Assembly (NCBI GenBank): GCA_038245785.1
Contig: JBBRSB010000021.1
Coordinates: 1-64,000, forward strand
DNA length: 64,000 nucleotides
Direction: 5' to 3'
Source of the DNA: Gloeobacterales cyanobacterium
GTDB taxonomy: Bacteria; Cyanobacteriota; Cyanobacteriia; Gloeobacterales; PMM-0068
Below are positions 1 through 8,762 of this stretch, piece by piece. The position numbers and the translations under genes were made by a program. The notes below the pieces were generated by a model. That model did not search any database and had not been told where the DNA came from. It saw nothing but the letters and a program-made list of their open reading frames with translations. Each line of letters starts with the position of its first letter. Within the stretch, counting starts at the first letter, position 1.

Positions 1-166
1 CCCGCCCTTGCTCATACGGGGTCATGGCCCCAAGCGACTGTTCGGGTTCAAGAGCGAGTAAGCGGCAACCTAGGCTCAGCCACGATATCCAGTATCAAGG
101 GGTTATCGGTTTACCGCTCACTCTCAACATACAAGGGGTTGAGGGACTGAGGGGTCGATGAGGGGT

Positions 167-203
167 CAAAAATCAACCCAGGCATGTCTCCATACCTGGG
201 TTA
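167..203 (-). terminator. Intrinsic terminator after rpmG-rpsR
   Basis: AACCCAGG...CCTGGGTT stem followed by a T-run on the minus strand, just downstream of the rpsR stop. Confidence 0.7.
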
Positions 204-225
204 CAAAATCATTTATCTGTTTGCT

Positions 226-441
226 CTAACCTTCTTTATTCACGAAGGGTAGAAGAGCGACAATGCGTGCCCGCTTGATCGACACCGTCAAAGCCCGCTG
301 TTGCTTGGCCGTCAGGCCCGTAATCCGACGAGGAAGGATCTTACCGCGCTCCGTGATGAACTTTTTGAGCATATCGGTATCTTTGTAGTCAATGGGTTCC
401 GAAGGAGAAACCGGGGAAACTCTTTTACGTTGGTAGGCCAT
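226..441 (-). CDS. rpsR: 30S ribosomal protein S18
   Basis: IDYKD...[15 protein letters not shown] motif. Confidence 0.98.
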   Translation of the reverse strand: MAYQRKRVSPVSPSEPIDYKDTDMLKKFITERGKILPRRITGLTAKQQRALTVSIKRARIVALLPFVNKEG

Positions 442-442
442 A

Positions 443-634
443 TTACTTCGTTTCTTTATGTACGGTGTGCTGGTTGCAATGACGACAGAACTTCTTGATT
501 TCCATCCGTCCTGGGGTATTACGCTTATTCTTCTGGGAAGTGTAGCGGGAGACGCCCGGACTGCGCTTATTCGGGTTGGTGCGACATTCCGTACATTCCA
601 GAGTGATGATGATCCTTGCGCCTGGCTTTGCCAT
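443..634 (-). CDS. rpmG: 50S ribosomal protein L33 (Zn-binding form)
   Basis: ITLECTEC...[15 protein letters not shown]; adjacent to rpsR. Confidence 0.98.
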   Translation of the reverse strand: MAKPGARIIITLECTECRTNPNKRSPGVSRYTSQKNKRNTPGRMEIKKFCRHCNQHTVHKETK

Positions 635-829
635 AATCTAAAGCGTCCTTATAGTTTTCAACGCAGCCTCCTATAGTGCCATAGTCCGCTCGTCGACACA
701 AGAGGATACTTCAAATTACGTTTGAGATGTGCTTCAGATTACGTTTCCCCGTAGGACAATCTTCGATCAAGCCTCTAGGTGAACGCTTACTGATTTCCTA
801 TGCTTAGAGTAGCTAATGGATGCAAACCC

Positions 830-1249
830 ATGCCTTTACAGAAAATTTCACAGACCGCAGGTCTCTTCTTGATGATCTTAAGTCTGATGGGTGCGCCTCT
901 ATCGGCTAGGCCACACGGCAACAACGGCAATGGAAACGGAAACGGCAATGGTTTCCCAGACCGTGGGTCCCAGCCACAGTCTGAAGCAGTGCAATCAGCG
1001 GTTTATGAAGGCAGTGGTCAGATTACCAGTGGCCCTGGTGCCGGGGGCGTAGTGAATATGCGGGTCGTGGTGGAAGGAAACCGCTACCGAGTATTGGAAG
1101 GCCCCCGCATGGATATTGATAACCCTCCCTCTAGTTTTTCCCAAGGGGGCGAAGAGTGGCAGATTAACCGAGGCGGCCAGTATCTGTACATCACCGTACG
1201 CCGCCCCAATGGTCAGGTTATCCAGTACTCACTCGTTCAGACTCGGTAA
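830..1249 (+). CDS. Putative secreted protein with Gly-Asn repeats
   Basis: Hydrophobic N-terminus ending PLSA, then HGNNGNGNGNGNG; start could be 800 or 830. Confidence 0.7.
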   Translation: MPLQKISQTAGLFLMILSLMGAPLSARPHGNNGNGNGNGNGFPDRGSQPQSEAVQSAVYEGSGQITSGPGAGGVVNMRVVVEGNRYRVLEGPRMDIDNPPSSFSQGGEEWQINRGGQYLYITVRRPNGQVIQYSLVQTR

Positions 1250-1303
1250 ATCAGGTAAGATAGGCTCCATGCGCACCGTATAAGCTTTTAGGCATTCGAT
1301 CCG

Positions 1304-3337
1304 GTGATGTTTTTCCCCAAGCGTAACGCTCCCCTACCCCTTATTCTCCTGGCTTGCTGCTGGGGAATTCTCTTGGGTTGGCTTTTTCCGCAGACGCCTT
1401 TGCAGTCGGTGGAGCTGGCGGCCTCGGATATGATGATCCGTCTACGGGGCACTCAGCCTACCCCACAAGACATCGTCGTCGTTCGAGACAAAGGACTGAC
1501 CAGCCCTTCTCCCACCTATGACCGTCCTGCTGTGGCCGCGCTGGTCCGCCAACTATTTGAAGCGGGTCAGGTGAGAACCGTTGTTTTGAATTTGCCTCCA
1601 GATTTCACCACGCCCCTGAAGTTGCCCGGTCAGCCTCCAGCCAGTTTTGATCTAGGGCCTGCGTGCACCAGTGCCTTAGTCGTTCAGCAATTGGGCGTGG
1701 ACTTGGATTGTCCGCTCAGACAGGTGATCCGCGCCTATGGGGACCGGATTGTGATGGTTACTATCCCCAACCAGTCCACCGCTCCTCCCCGCATCGAAGT
1801 CTATAATCACTTCCAGAGTTTTCTGCCCGATGCCGGAGAATATACCCGTCCTTTGAATGGCCTGCTTGGCTTTGAAGGCTTCCGAAGAGACGTGGACTAC
1901 AAAATCCGTAGTTTGCAGCCGACAGGGAGCTTTCTGCGGGGCGATAGTTTTATTCCCAGCAGAAACCTGGAGCGGGTTCAGTTAGAGACTATTTTTTTGA
2001 ATTCTGCGGAAACGTTGGCCTATAGCAAATTCACCAATACAGACCCTCCGACCGCGAAGTCAAAGAATGAAGATGACCAGGCCCTCTTCATTCGCTACCT
2101 TGGACCAGAGGGGACGGTCACAACGGTAGATCTCAGCCAAGTATGTCAGCCGATTCCCTTTAGCCACCACTGTGCTGGCTCCCTGCGCTCCGACATCAGA
2201 AATGTACTACAAGACAAGCTGGTCGTCGTTTCGGTGACGGACCAAGACCCTGTGGATACTCCTTTTGGTCCGATAGCGCGTCCAGAGGCGCAGGCACAGG
2301 CCCTTTCTGGCTATTTTCCTCCAGGATTTTATCGACAGCTGGGTGTTCCCTGGTCAGGCTTTCTTACCCTCGGCATAGCCATTCTCGGAGGCGTGCTACT
2401 AACCTATTTACCGTCTCCCAGACGCTGGTTCTACCCCTTAGGCCTGGGCCTCTTAGTGCTGGGCTATTTTTTATTGGCTTGGGGCTTCTGGGTCGGTTTG
2501 GGTTGGATGCTGCCCCTATTCTTTCCAATGATGGCGATACTCGTGACCGGAATTACGGCAGGCGCAGGCTTGACCTTGATTGAAGCGCGACAGCGAGCGC
2601 TTCAGCAAAGAGCAGAACTAGAGCGTTTGCGCCGAGCAGAACGGCAGGCTGTCCTCAATCAGGCGAGAAAGCTGCTTTACCGGGTAGCAACGGATATTCA
2701 CGACAACCAACTGCAAGAGCTCAAATTGGTCATGGATGGACTAGAAGGCGCCCTGATAGACCCCAAGCAGACGAACCAGGCCATTGATAAAGCAATCAGC
2801 CGCTTGGCTCATGTCGGTCAAGGTATCCGGGATGAACTGAACGATATTCGTAATGTGGCGACCAAACTGGAAATTTCTCCCCAACTCAAAGGCGGATTGC
2901 TAGAGGGATTGAAAGCAGAATTGCAAACCTGGCAGAACCAAGGCGACCTTACTCTGGTGGTCCATACGGAACTGGCCCCTTTGATAGAGCCACAAAGCAG
3001 TGATTGGTTCGATGCCCGAGAAGACATTTTTCGATTTTTCCGCGAAGCCCTGGCCAATGCCGCCCGTCATGCTCAACCTCCGAAAGGAACCGCTACCCAG
3101 CTTTGGGTTTCTCTAGAAGTGAAAAACGACCAAGCCGTACTCTGGGTAGAAAATGATGGAGCCACACCTCCAGCGCTGGATCAGGGGAATTATGGGACCA
3201 AAGTGATGAAGACCATTGCCAGTCAATTACCTCAGGGCACCTGGCAACGTATCGCTCGTCCAGGCGGAGGCGTCAAAGTCGGTTTGTCTTGGAGCCTGGC
3301 TGAGTTCCAGCAAACTGCCATTACCATCAGCCGCTAA
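1304..3337 (+). CDS. CHASE2-like sensor histidine kinase (HisKA_3/HATPase)
   Basis: N-terminal TM, CHASE2-like extracellular region, 3 TMs, DIHD phospho-His motif, EALANA and ENDG boxes. Confidence 0.85.
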   Translation: MMFFPKRNAPLPLILLACCWGILLGWLFPQTPLQSVELAASDMMIRLRGTQPTPQDIVVVRDKGLTSPSPTYDRPAVAALVRQLFEAGQVRTVVLNLPPDFTTPLKLPGQPPASFDLGPACTSALVVQQLGVDLDCPLRQVIRAYGDRIVMVTIPNQSTAPPRIEVYNHFQSFLPDAGEYTRPLNGLLGFEGFRRDVDYKIRSLQPTGSFLRGDSFIPSRNLERVQLETIFLNSAETLAYSKFTNTDPPTAKSKNEDDQALFIRYLGPEGTVTTVDLSQVCQPIPFSHHCAGSLRSDIRNVLQDKLVVVSVTDQDPVDTPFGPIARPEAQAQALSGYFPPGFYRQLGVPWSGFLTLGIAILGGVLLTYLPSPRRWFYPLGLGLLVLGYFLLAWGFWVGLGWMLPLFFPMMAILVTGITAGAGLTLIEARQRALQQRAELERLRRAERQAVLNQARKLLYRVATDIHDNQLQELKLVMDGLEGALIDPKQTNQAIDKAISRLAHVGQGIRDELNDIRNVATKLEISPQLKGGLLEGLKAELQTWQNQGDLTLVVHTELAPLIEPQSSDWFDAREDIFRFFREALANAARHAQPPKGTATQLWVSLEVKNDQAVLWVENDGATPPALDQGNYGTKVMKTIASQLPQGTWQRIARPGGGVKVGLSWSLAEFQQTAITISR

Positions 3338-3356
3338 GTTTCAGTAAGGAAAATCC

Positions 3357-4010
3357 ATGGAAAATCTGCGTTTTTTGATTGTTGAAGACCATCCAGAGAT
3401 GGCTAGAAATAACTGCGAATGGCTGCAAAAAACCTATCCTGAAGCGCATTGTGAAACGATAGAAAATCCCCAGCTCGTGATGGAGAAATTAAAAAAGTAC
3501 ACTCCAGACTTAGTAGTAGTGGATTTGCTCTATGGCCAAAATAGCGGTGAACAATCCGCAGAACCCGGTCTGAATTTGCTCCGGTCCATTTTTGGGGCCT
3601 ACCCTCGCCTAAATATCATGGTTTACTCCAGTGAGCCTCTGCTCCTGAGTCCCGTCAGCGAGATGATTAGCCGTCATGAAGGCGGATTTGTAACGGTGAA
3701 TAAAATGGACCGACGGGTCCGTTTTGTGGAAGGGGTTAAGAGTGCTTTAGAAGGAGAATTGAAGATCCCTAGAGAATTACGGGGCCTGATTAAGCTCACA
3801 GAACGAGAGCGCGAAATTTTGGAACTTTTATGCAAAGACAGCTTGACGGACCAAGCGGTAGCAGACCGGATTCACACCAGCAAAAAGACCGTACAAAACT
3901 CGATTCAAAGACTGAAAGAGAAAATGGGAATCCCGCTGGATGAGGAAGAGACCAATAGCCGCGTGGCTCTGTGTATGGAAGCAATGCGTAAAAAACTGGT
4001 GTCGCTTTGA
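3357..4010 (+). CDS. NarL/LuxR-family response regulator
   Basis: IVEDH receiver domain; LTEREREIL HTH. Confidence 0.93.
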   Translation: MENLRFLIVEDHPEMARNNCEWLQKTYPEAHCETIENPQLVMEKLKKYTPDLVVVDLLYGQNSGEQSAEPGLNLLRSIFGAYPRLNIMVYSSEPLLLSPVSEMISRHEGGFVTVNKMDRRVRFVEGVKSALEGELKIPRELRGLIKLTEREREILELLCKDSLTDQAVADRIHTSKKTVQNSIQRLKEKMGIPLDEEETNSRVALCMEAMRKKLVSL

Positions 4011-4116
4011 CCCCCCTTTAATCCCCCCTTGCCAAGGGGGGAAATGGAGATCTGGTTCCCTCCCCTTAGCACTAGGCGTAGCCTTCTCGGCGGGTGGGGA
4101 GGGCTAGGGTGGGGTC
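4010..4116. repeat. Palindromic cyanobacterial intergenic repeat with a nested ~24-nt mini element (about 4072-4095)
   Basis: CCCCCCTTGCCAAGGGGGG hairpin, and CCCTCCCC...GGGGAGGG interrupted by CTAGGCGTAGCCTTCTCGGCGGGT. Confidence 0.65.
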
Positions 4117-4123
4117 TAAGGAA

Positions 4124-4321
4124 TCAAGCCGAATCCTGCTCAGAGAGCAGGATTTGAATCTCGCCTCGACATCCCTGGCAGCGGTCACAAGCCTCTAGGG
4201 ATTCCCGGAGTTTATCAAGGGTATTTTCTCCACGGGCAATCGCTTGACGGATATCGCCTGCGGTGTAGCCAAAACAAAAGCAAATTACCTCTTCATCCCC
4301 GAAATTCATGACCTTGCTCAC
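4124..4321 (-). CDS. BFD-like [2Fe-2S]-binding protein
   Basis: CxC...CxxC spacing (ICFCFG...CDRCQGC). Confidence 0.85.
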   Translation of the reverse strand: MSKVMNFGDEEVICFCFGYTAGDIRQAIARGENTLDKLRESLEACDRCQGCRGEIQILLSEQDSA

Positions 4322-4478
4322 GCACTCTATTTTATTTGAGAGTTTCTATCTCAATTCTTGCTTAATCCCCAGAAAGCTGAGCTAAAAGTAGTTTTTACAT
4401 AAATTATTGTGAATGGTGCTCTGTTTTACTAAACGATTTAATCTTTAGAATTATATTGGGATCACGTTAAATAACTTT

Positions 4479-4778
4479 TTGAAGATTATGTTTCAAAATC
4501 CATACTTTGTTGAAGGCAGTGCCACCTGTGCACACTGTGGCTCTCCAAGAGCTAGCCGTAGCTTGCTAGGGTCCATGATGAGGCTGGAATGCCCTGATTG
4601 TGACTATTTGCTGGAAATTTGCCCGGAAACAGGTGGATTGGGAACGATGCCCCCCTCAGGGATTGTTACGGCTCGGCATTTATCCTACCGAGACGCCATC
4701 TACTCTGTAACAGATACCCCAGGCGGCATGATGCTGGGGAACGGGAATTATTCAGCTTTTAGATCAGCTACGGGTTAG
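4479..4778 (+). CDS. Small Zn-ribbon hypothetical protein (cyanobacterial)
   Basis: CAHCG and CPDCDY pairs. Confidence 0.7.
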   Translation: MKIMFQNPYFVEGSATCAHCGSPRASRSLLGSMMRLECPDCDYLLEICPETGGLGTMPPSGIVTARHLSYRDAIYSVTDTPGGMMLGNGNYSAFRSATG

Positions 4779-4797
4779 CCTGTTCCTGCTGTCTTGA

Positions 4798-5007
4798 GTG
4801 GCTAATTCCGTGCGTACTCATTTTGTGGAAATGGATATTACCCTTGCCGCAACTCCTGCCCAGTTGCTGGAGGCAGTCGAGCGGGCCTTTCAAGAGAGAC
4901 TGGACGGTCAAGGCGAAGTTTTAAGATGGGCGATCACCGCTCTTAATATCAATCAAGGTCAGGGTCCAAGCACGGCCACGGTTCAGGCTGTGATGCTGAT
5001 GCTATAG
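4798..5007 (+). CDS. Conserved cyanobacterial hypothetical protein
   Basis: GEVLRWAIT motif; directly upstream of the DUF3326 gene. Confidence 0.65.
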   Translation: MANSVRTHFVEMDITLAATPAQLLEAVERAFQERLDGQGEVLRWAITALNINQGQGPSTATVQAVMLML

Positions 5008-5036
5008 TACTCGACGCCCCCTTTCCAAGACGCGCC

Positions 5037-6107
5037 GTGAAGAAGTTCAGTGACCCGAAGCCGACGGTTATTTTTCTGGTGCCCACGGGCGTAGGGGCAA
5101 GCATTGGGGGATTTGCAGGGGATGCTTTGCCATTTGTTCGGGCCTTGTCTCAGGTAGCCTACGTCATCACGCATCCAAATGTCTGCAATGGTGGCAGTCT
5201 CTACTGGCCTCTGGATGATGTCCTCTATGTCGAAGGCTATGGCCTAGACCAGTTTTGTGCCGACCGCTGGGCTTTGCGCCCGGTGTTTCAGAATCGAATT
5301 GGACTCTTGCTGGATGTAGCCATGGATTCCATAGAGCGTGCCCATCATCTCAATGTCGCTCAGGGCGCTGCGGCTACTTTGGGTTTGAACATCGTGGGCT
5401 ATGGATTTACGAACCGACCGGTAGGGGTCAAATTAAGGGATTATGGGGACTCTAGTTCTTCTAATCCTTCCTGGGGAACGATTGAAGATCCGGAGACCCT
5501 TCTGGAAGGAGCGAAACGATTGGTCCAGGCTGGAGCGGATGCGCTGGCCGTAGTCGTTCATTTTCCTGAAGTGGAAGATACGGCCTATGAGCAAGGAAAA
5601 GGAGTAGACCCGATTGCTGGGGTGGAAGCGGTTATCTCTCACCTGCTTGTTAAAACGCTGGGGATTCCCTGTGCCCATGCTCCTTCTCTGTCTTCAACGG
5701 CAACCACCGTCTCAGAAGTCCATCCCCGAGTTTGTGGAGAAGTGATCGGACATACTTTTTTGCCTTCCGTTCTGGTCGGTTTGAGTCGGGCTCCTCAGTT
5801 TATTCCTGTAAGCAATGGGCATCTCGCCCCTACAGATCTGAGGGCGCAAGACGTAGATCTGGTGATCACCCCTGCACATAGCTGTGGAGGGGCCGGAATT
5901 CTGGCTTTAGCAGGCCGTTCTTCTGCGCCTTTAGTGCTTGCTGTAGAGGAGAATGAAACGGTCTTAGAAGTTCCTCCAGAGCCTTTAGGAATCAAGGCTC
6001 TTAGGGTAGCTACCTATTTGGAAGCGATTGGGGCTGTGGCTGCTTTTGGAGCAGGGGTGGACCCAGCTCGATTGCGGGCGGATACGGATTGGGTTCCATT
6101 GCTATGA
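5037..6107 (+). CDS. DUF3326 family protein
   Basis: VPTGVGASIGGFAGDA, ITHPNV, GVDPIAGVEAVISH motifs. Confidence 0.9.
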   Translation: MKKFSDPKPTVIFLVPTGVGASIGGFAGDALPFVRALSQVAYVITHPNVCNGGSLYWPLDDVLYVEGYGLDQFCADRWALRPVFQNRIGLLLDVAMDSIERAHHLNVAQGAAATLGLNIVGYGFTNRPVGVKLRDYGDSSSSNPSWGTIEDPETLLEGAKRLVQAGADALAVVVHFPEVEDTAYEQGKGVDPIAGVEAVISHLLVKTLGIPCAHAPSLSSTATTVSEVHPRVCGEVIGHTFLPSVLVGLSRAPQFIPVSNGHLAPTDLRAQDVDLVITPAHSCGGAGILALAGRSSAPLVLAVEENETVLEVPPEPLGIKALRVATYLEAIGAVAAFGAGVDPARLRADTDWVPLL

Positions 6108-6649
6108 CCTTCACTCGAGAACAGATTTTGGGACTTTTGGTGGCGACAGCGGTTATTCTGCTCGTGGTCGCCCAAGTTTGGGGATTTTTGGCTGAAATTC
6201 CGGTGGGTTCACCCTTCAATCTGAACGTTCGCGATTTTGGTCTGGGCCTACTGCTGGGATTAGGGATTATGGGCCTAAGTGTTGGGATGTACTATGCTTG
6301 GCCCCAGTATCGGGAGTCGGCGGATATCTATCTAGCGCTCGTGCTTAAGCCCCTCGCGCTCCAGGATGCACTATGGGTGGGCCTATTGCCTGGTCTTAGC
6401 GAAGAGTTGCTTTTTCGGGGCATCGCTTTACCGGCCCTGGGCCTGGTTTTAAGTAGTCTGCTTTTTGGGGTATCCCATCTCCTCGACTGGCGACAGTGGC
6501 CCTATGCGGTCTGGGCAACGGGGATTGGTCTGCTCTTGGGCATAGCCACCCTATGGAGCCAAAATCTTTTGGTTGCAGTAGTCGCTCACGTGACGACCAA
6601 TCTATTGTCTACCCTCTTCTGGAAGCTCCGCTTATCCCCAGGCTCCTGA
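6104..6649 (+). CDS. CPBP (Abi/CAAX) intramembrane metalloprotease
   Basis: EELLFRG, FGVSH, AHVTTN motifs; ATGA overlap with the upstream stop. Confidence 0.9.
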   Translation: MTFTREQILGLLVATAVILLVVAQVWGFLAEIPVGSPFNLNVRDFGLGLLLGLGIMGLSVGMYYAWPQYRESADIYLALVLKPLALQDALWVGLLPGLSEELLFRGIALPALGLVLSSLLFGVSHLLDWRQWPYAVWATGIGLLLGIATLWSQNLLVAVVAHVTTNLLSTLFWKLRLSPGS

Positions 6650-7069
6650 GGCTGGAAGATGAGGTTGGACTACTACCCAGCCCGTGGCTAAAACCCAAAA
6701 CATGAGACAGACGATCAGGCCATTTAGTCCCAAGTGGAGGGGGCGAGCCCAGGAACGGCGAGGGATTTGGAAAGCGGCCCAAGCGGAAGAGCAAACGAGA
6801 AGCACCATGGAGCTTCCAGCCCAAAAATGGGACGAGAACCGGAGATGCCCGTGGTCCTGAATCGTGCCGTAAAAGCCAACGCTCCAGAGCAATAAAGTGA
6901 GGAAAACTAAAATTTTTCCCAGGGACGGATGGGCAGCGTAGAGCCATGATTTAGCTGTTTTTTTCCAATGACGACCTCGCCACAGTTGATATCCACTAAT
7001 GCCCAAAAGGGTAATCGTTAACATGGAGAGGCCCATGGACCAGGCTGCTACCTTCCAAAGCCAAAGCAT
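6632..7069 (-). CDS. DUF4079-like membrane protein (His-rich, cytochrome b561-like)
   Basis: Four TM segments with conserved His (SSHFWAG, RPLHLGLN). Confidence 0.75.
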   Translation of the reverse strand: MLWLWKVAAWSMGLSMLTITLLGISGYQLWRGRHWKKTAKSWLYAAHPSLGKILVFLTLLLWSVGFYGTIQDHGHLRFSSHFWAGSSMVLLVCSSAWAAFQIPRRSWARPLHLGLNGLIVCLMFWVLATGWVVVQPHLPASGAWG

Positions 7070-7148
7070 CTTTGCCCTTACTGCGCTATGGGCAGAGTTT
7101 AGAACGTGGTGGATGGCTCTGCAATAGCAATTTGCTGAATCTTGAAAA

Positions 7149-7223
7149 TGGTGGGCACCCTGGGGATCGAACCCAGGACCGATCGGTTAAAAGCCGAGTG
7201 CTCTACCGCTGAGCTAGGTGCCC
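7149..7223 (-). tRNA. tRNA-Lys(TTT), CCA encoded
   Basis: Reverse complement GGGCACCTAGCTCAGCGGTAGAGCACTCGGCTTTTAACCGATCGGTCCTGGGTTCGATCCCCAGGGTGCCCACCA folds as a cloverleaf. Confidence 0.97.
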
Positions 7224-7384
7224 ACATAGTACGAGCGAACGCTCTATACCAGCAATCCACAATAACTGTGGTCTAGACCTATGTCAATCGAATCTTCATA
7301 TCCTTTTCAAGCTGAAAAGAATGTCATTCCGCAGAGTTCTGCTGGGTACACTCAGAATAAGCTGGGGGCGGTGAAAACGGGCGC

Positions 7385-7840
7385 ATGCAAAAAGAGAAAA
7401 TTCTTCTTATTGAAGGACATGATTTTTATCGTACCCGCTTCATGCAGGGGCTAATGTCCCAAGACTATGAAGTGGTCTGCTACCGCTCTGCTGAGAATTT
7501 TGACCAATTGGTGCAGCAGGAAGCGCCATATTTGGTGATCGCCGATGTTGCCCAGCTAGGGCTGGACGCCTGCGACATCGAAGGAAAAACCTGTGCCGTT
7601 TTAGAACATTGTCAGGCCTTTTATCCTTGGCTACCGATTGTCTTGATGGTCGAGCGCTCAGAACCGATTGACCCTTTAGAGCGCAGATGGGCCGTAGAAC
7701 AAGGGGCAGCTGACTTTATTGCCAAAAGGGTAGACCGAATGGAAATCATGCTCCAGCGAGTCCATGATCTTCTCCGTCCAGGCACCAAACTCAATCAGCG
7801 AGCACTGATGGCGGCCTATGCCCAATCCACATCGCTTTAA
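7385..7840 (+). CDS. Single-domain response regulator receiver (atypical)
   Basis: KILLIE...VIADV...GAADFIAK. Confidence 0.8.
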   Translation: MQKEKILLIEGHDFYRTRFMQGLMSQDYEVVCYRSAENFDQLVQQEAPYLVIADVAQLGLDACDIEGKTCAVLEHCQAFYPWLPIVLMVERSEPIDPLERRWAVEQGAADFIAKRVDRMEIMLQRVHDLLRPGTKLNQRALMAAYAQSTSL

Positions 7841-7961
7841 CTACAGTATAAAAATAAGATAGGGTTAACTCTGTGCAGGTTGTCGAACTAGATTTCTTGG
7901 ACAGTCCTTGTACTATAGTTAGACAAAGAAAAACCTGAGAATCTATAATTGGAGACTAGTT

Positions 7962-8357
7962 TTGGGGGATAAGGTTATTCTGGAACAGCTTGCCTTGACA
8001 GTAAGTCTACGTGGGAATCGGGACGTTAAGGATACCTACCAGGTCTTCCACTTGACGGGTTTATTGGATGCCTTTTCTGAGCCTGTATTCCGAAAGGTAC
8101 TCAGTGGTTATATTGAGGCTGGGCCGACGAATGTCATCCTGGACCTCTCTGGTATTGATTTTTGTGACAGTTCTGGTCTAGGGGCTTTGGTGCAATTAGC
8201 CAAAAAAGTTCAGAATCTGAGCGGTACTTTTCAGACGATCAGCAACCCACGGGTCACTCAAACCGTTAAACTGGTTAGACTAGAGCAGTTTCTCTCGCTA
8301 CAGCCTTCTTTGGAAAAGGCTATTGAGAATCTCACTCCGGGGAAGGGGAAGAAATAA
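7962..8357 (+). CDS. STAS-domain anti-sigma factor antagonist
   Basis: ILDLSGIDFCDSSGLGAL motif; start uncertain (TTG 7962 or ATT 7977). Confidence 0.9.
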   Translation: MGDKVILEQLALTVSLRGNRDVKDTYQVFHLTGLLDAFSEPVFRKVLSGYIEAGPTNVILDLSGIDFCDSSGLGALVQLAKKVQNLSGTFQTISNPRVTQTVKLVRLEQFLSLQPSLEKAIENLTPGKGKK

Positions 8358-8762
8358 CTGCCTGACCCGAAGCAGCATACGCCAGCAGTTTTAGCCTATC
8401 TGGGAGATGCGGTCTACGAACTGCATATTCGTCAGCAGCTTTTGCAACGCCCTTGCTCTGCCCATCATCTCCACAAAAAAACGGTCCAGCGGGTACGCGC
8501 TGAAGCTCAAGCCCGCCTGGTAGAACCTCTACGCTCTTTTTTAGATCTATCTGAGCAAGAAATTCTTAGACGGGGTCACAATGCAAATAGCACGGTCCCC
8601 CAACGTTTAGATCCAGAAACATATCGTAAAGCCACTGCGTTAGAAGCGCTCCTCGGTTATCTTTACCTAAGTGACCCTGAACGACTAGAGCAAGTACTTA
8701 CCTTCCTCGACAATCTCTCGTCTGATGAACTCCCTCCCTCAAAGAACGAAAACAGTGAATAA
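8358..8762 (+). CDS. mrnC: Mini-ribonuclease III
   Basis: LAYLGDAVYEL lies in frame upstream of the called ORF; RRGHN and YRKATALEALLGYLY; probable CTG start at 8358. Confidence 0.88.
   Translation: MPDPKQHTPAVLAYLGDAVYELHIRQQLLQRPCSAHHLHKKTVQRVRAEAQARLVEPLRSFLDLSEQEILRRGHNANSTVPQRLDPETYRKATALEALLGYLYLSDPERLEQVLTFLDNLSSDELPPSKNENSE

Noticed and set aside
1..130. Possible 6S RNA (CTTGAACC-like motif) or gene start MTPYEQGR on the minus strand
   Set aside because: Only one arm of the motif is present and the window edge cuts the sequence; neither call can be supported
7149..7223. tRNA-Lys as integration site for the island
   Set aside because: No duplicated tRNA 3' end or integrase seen; both flanks are core genes
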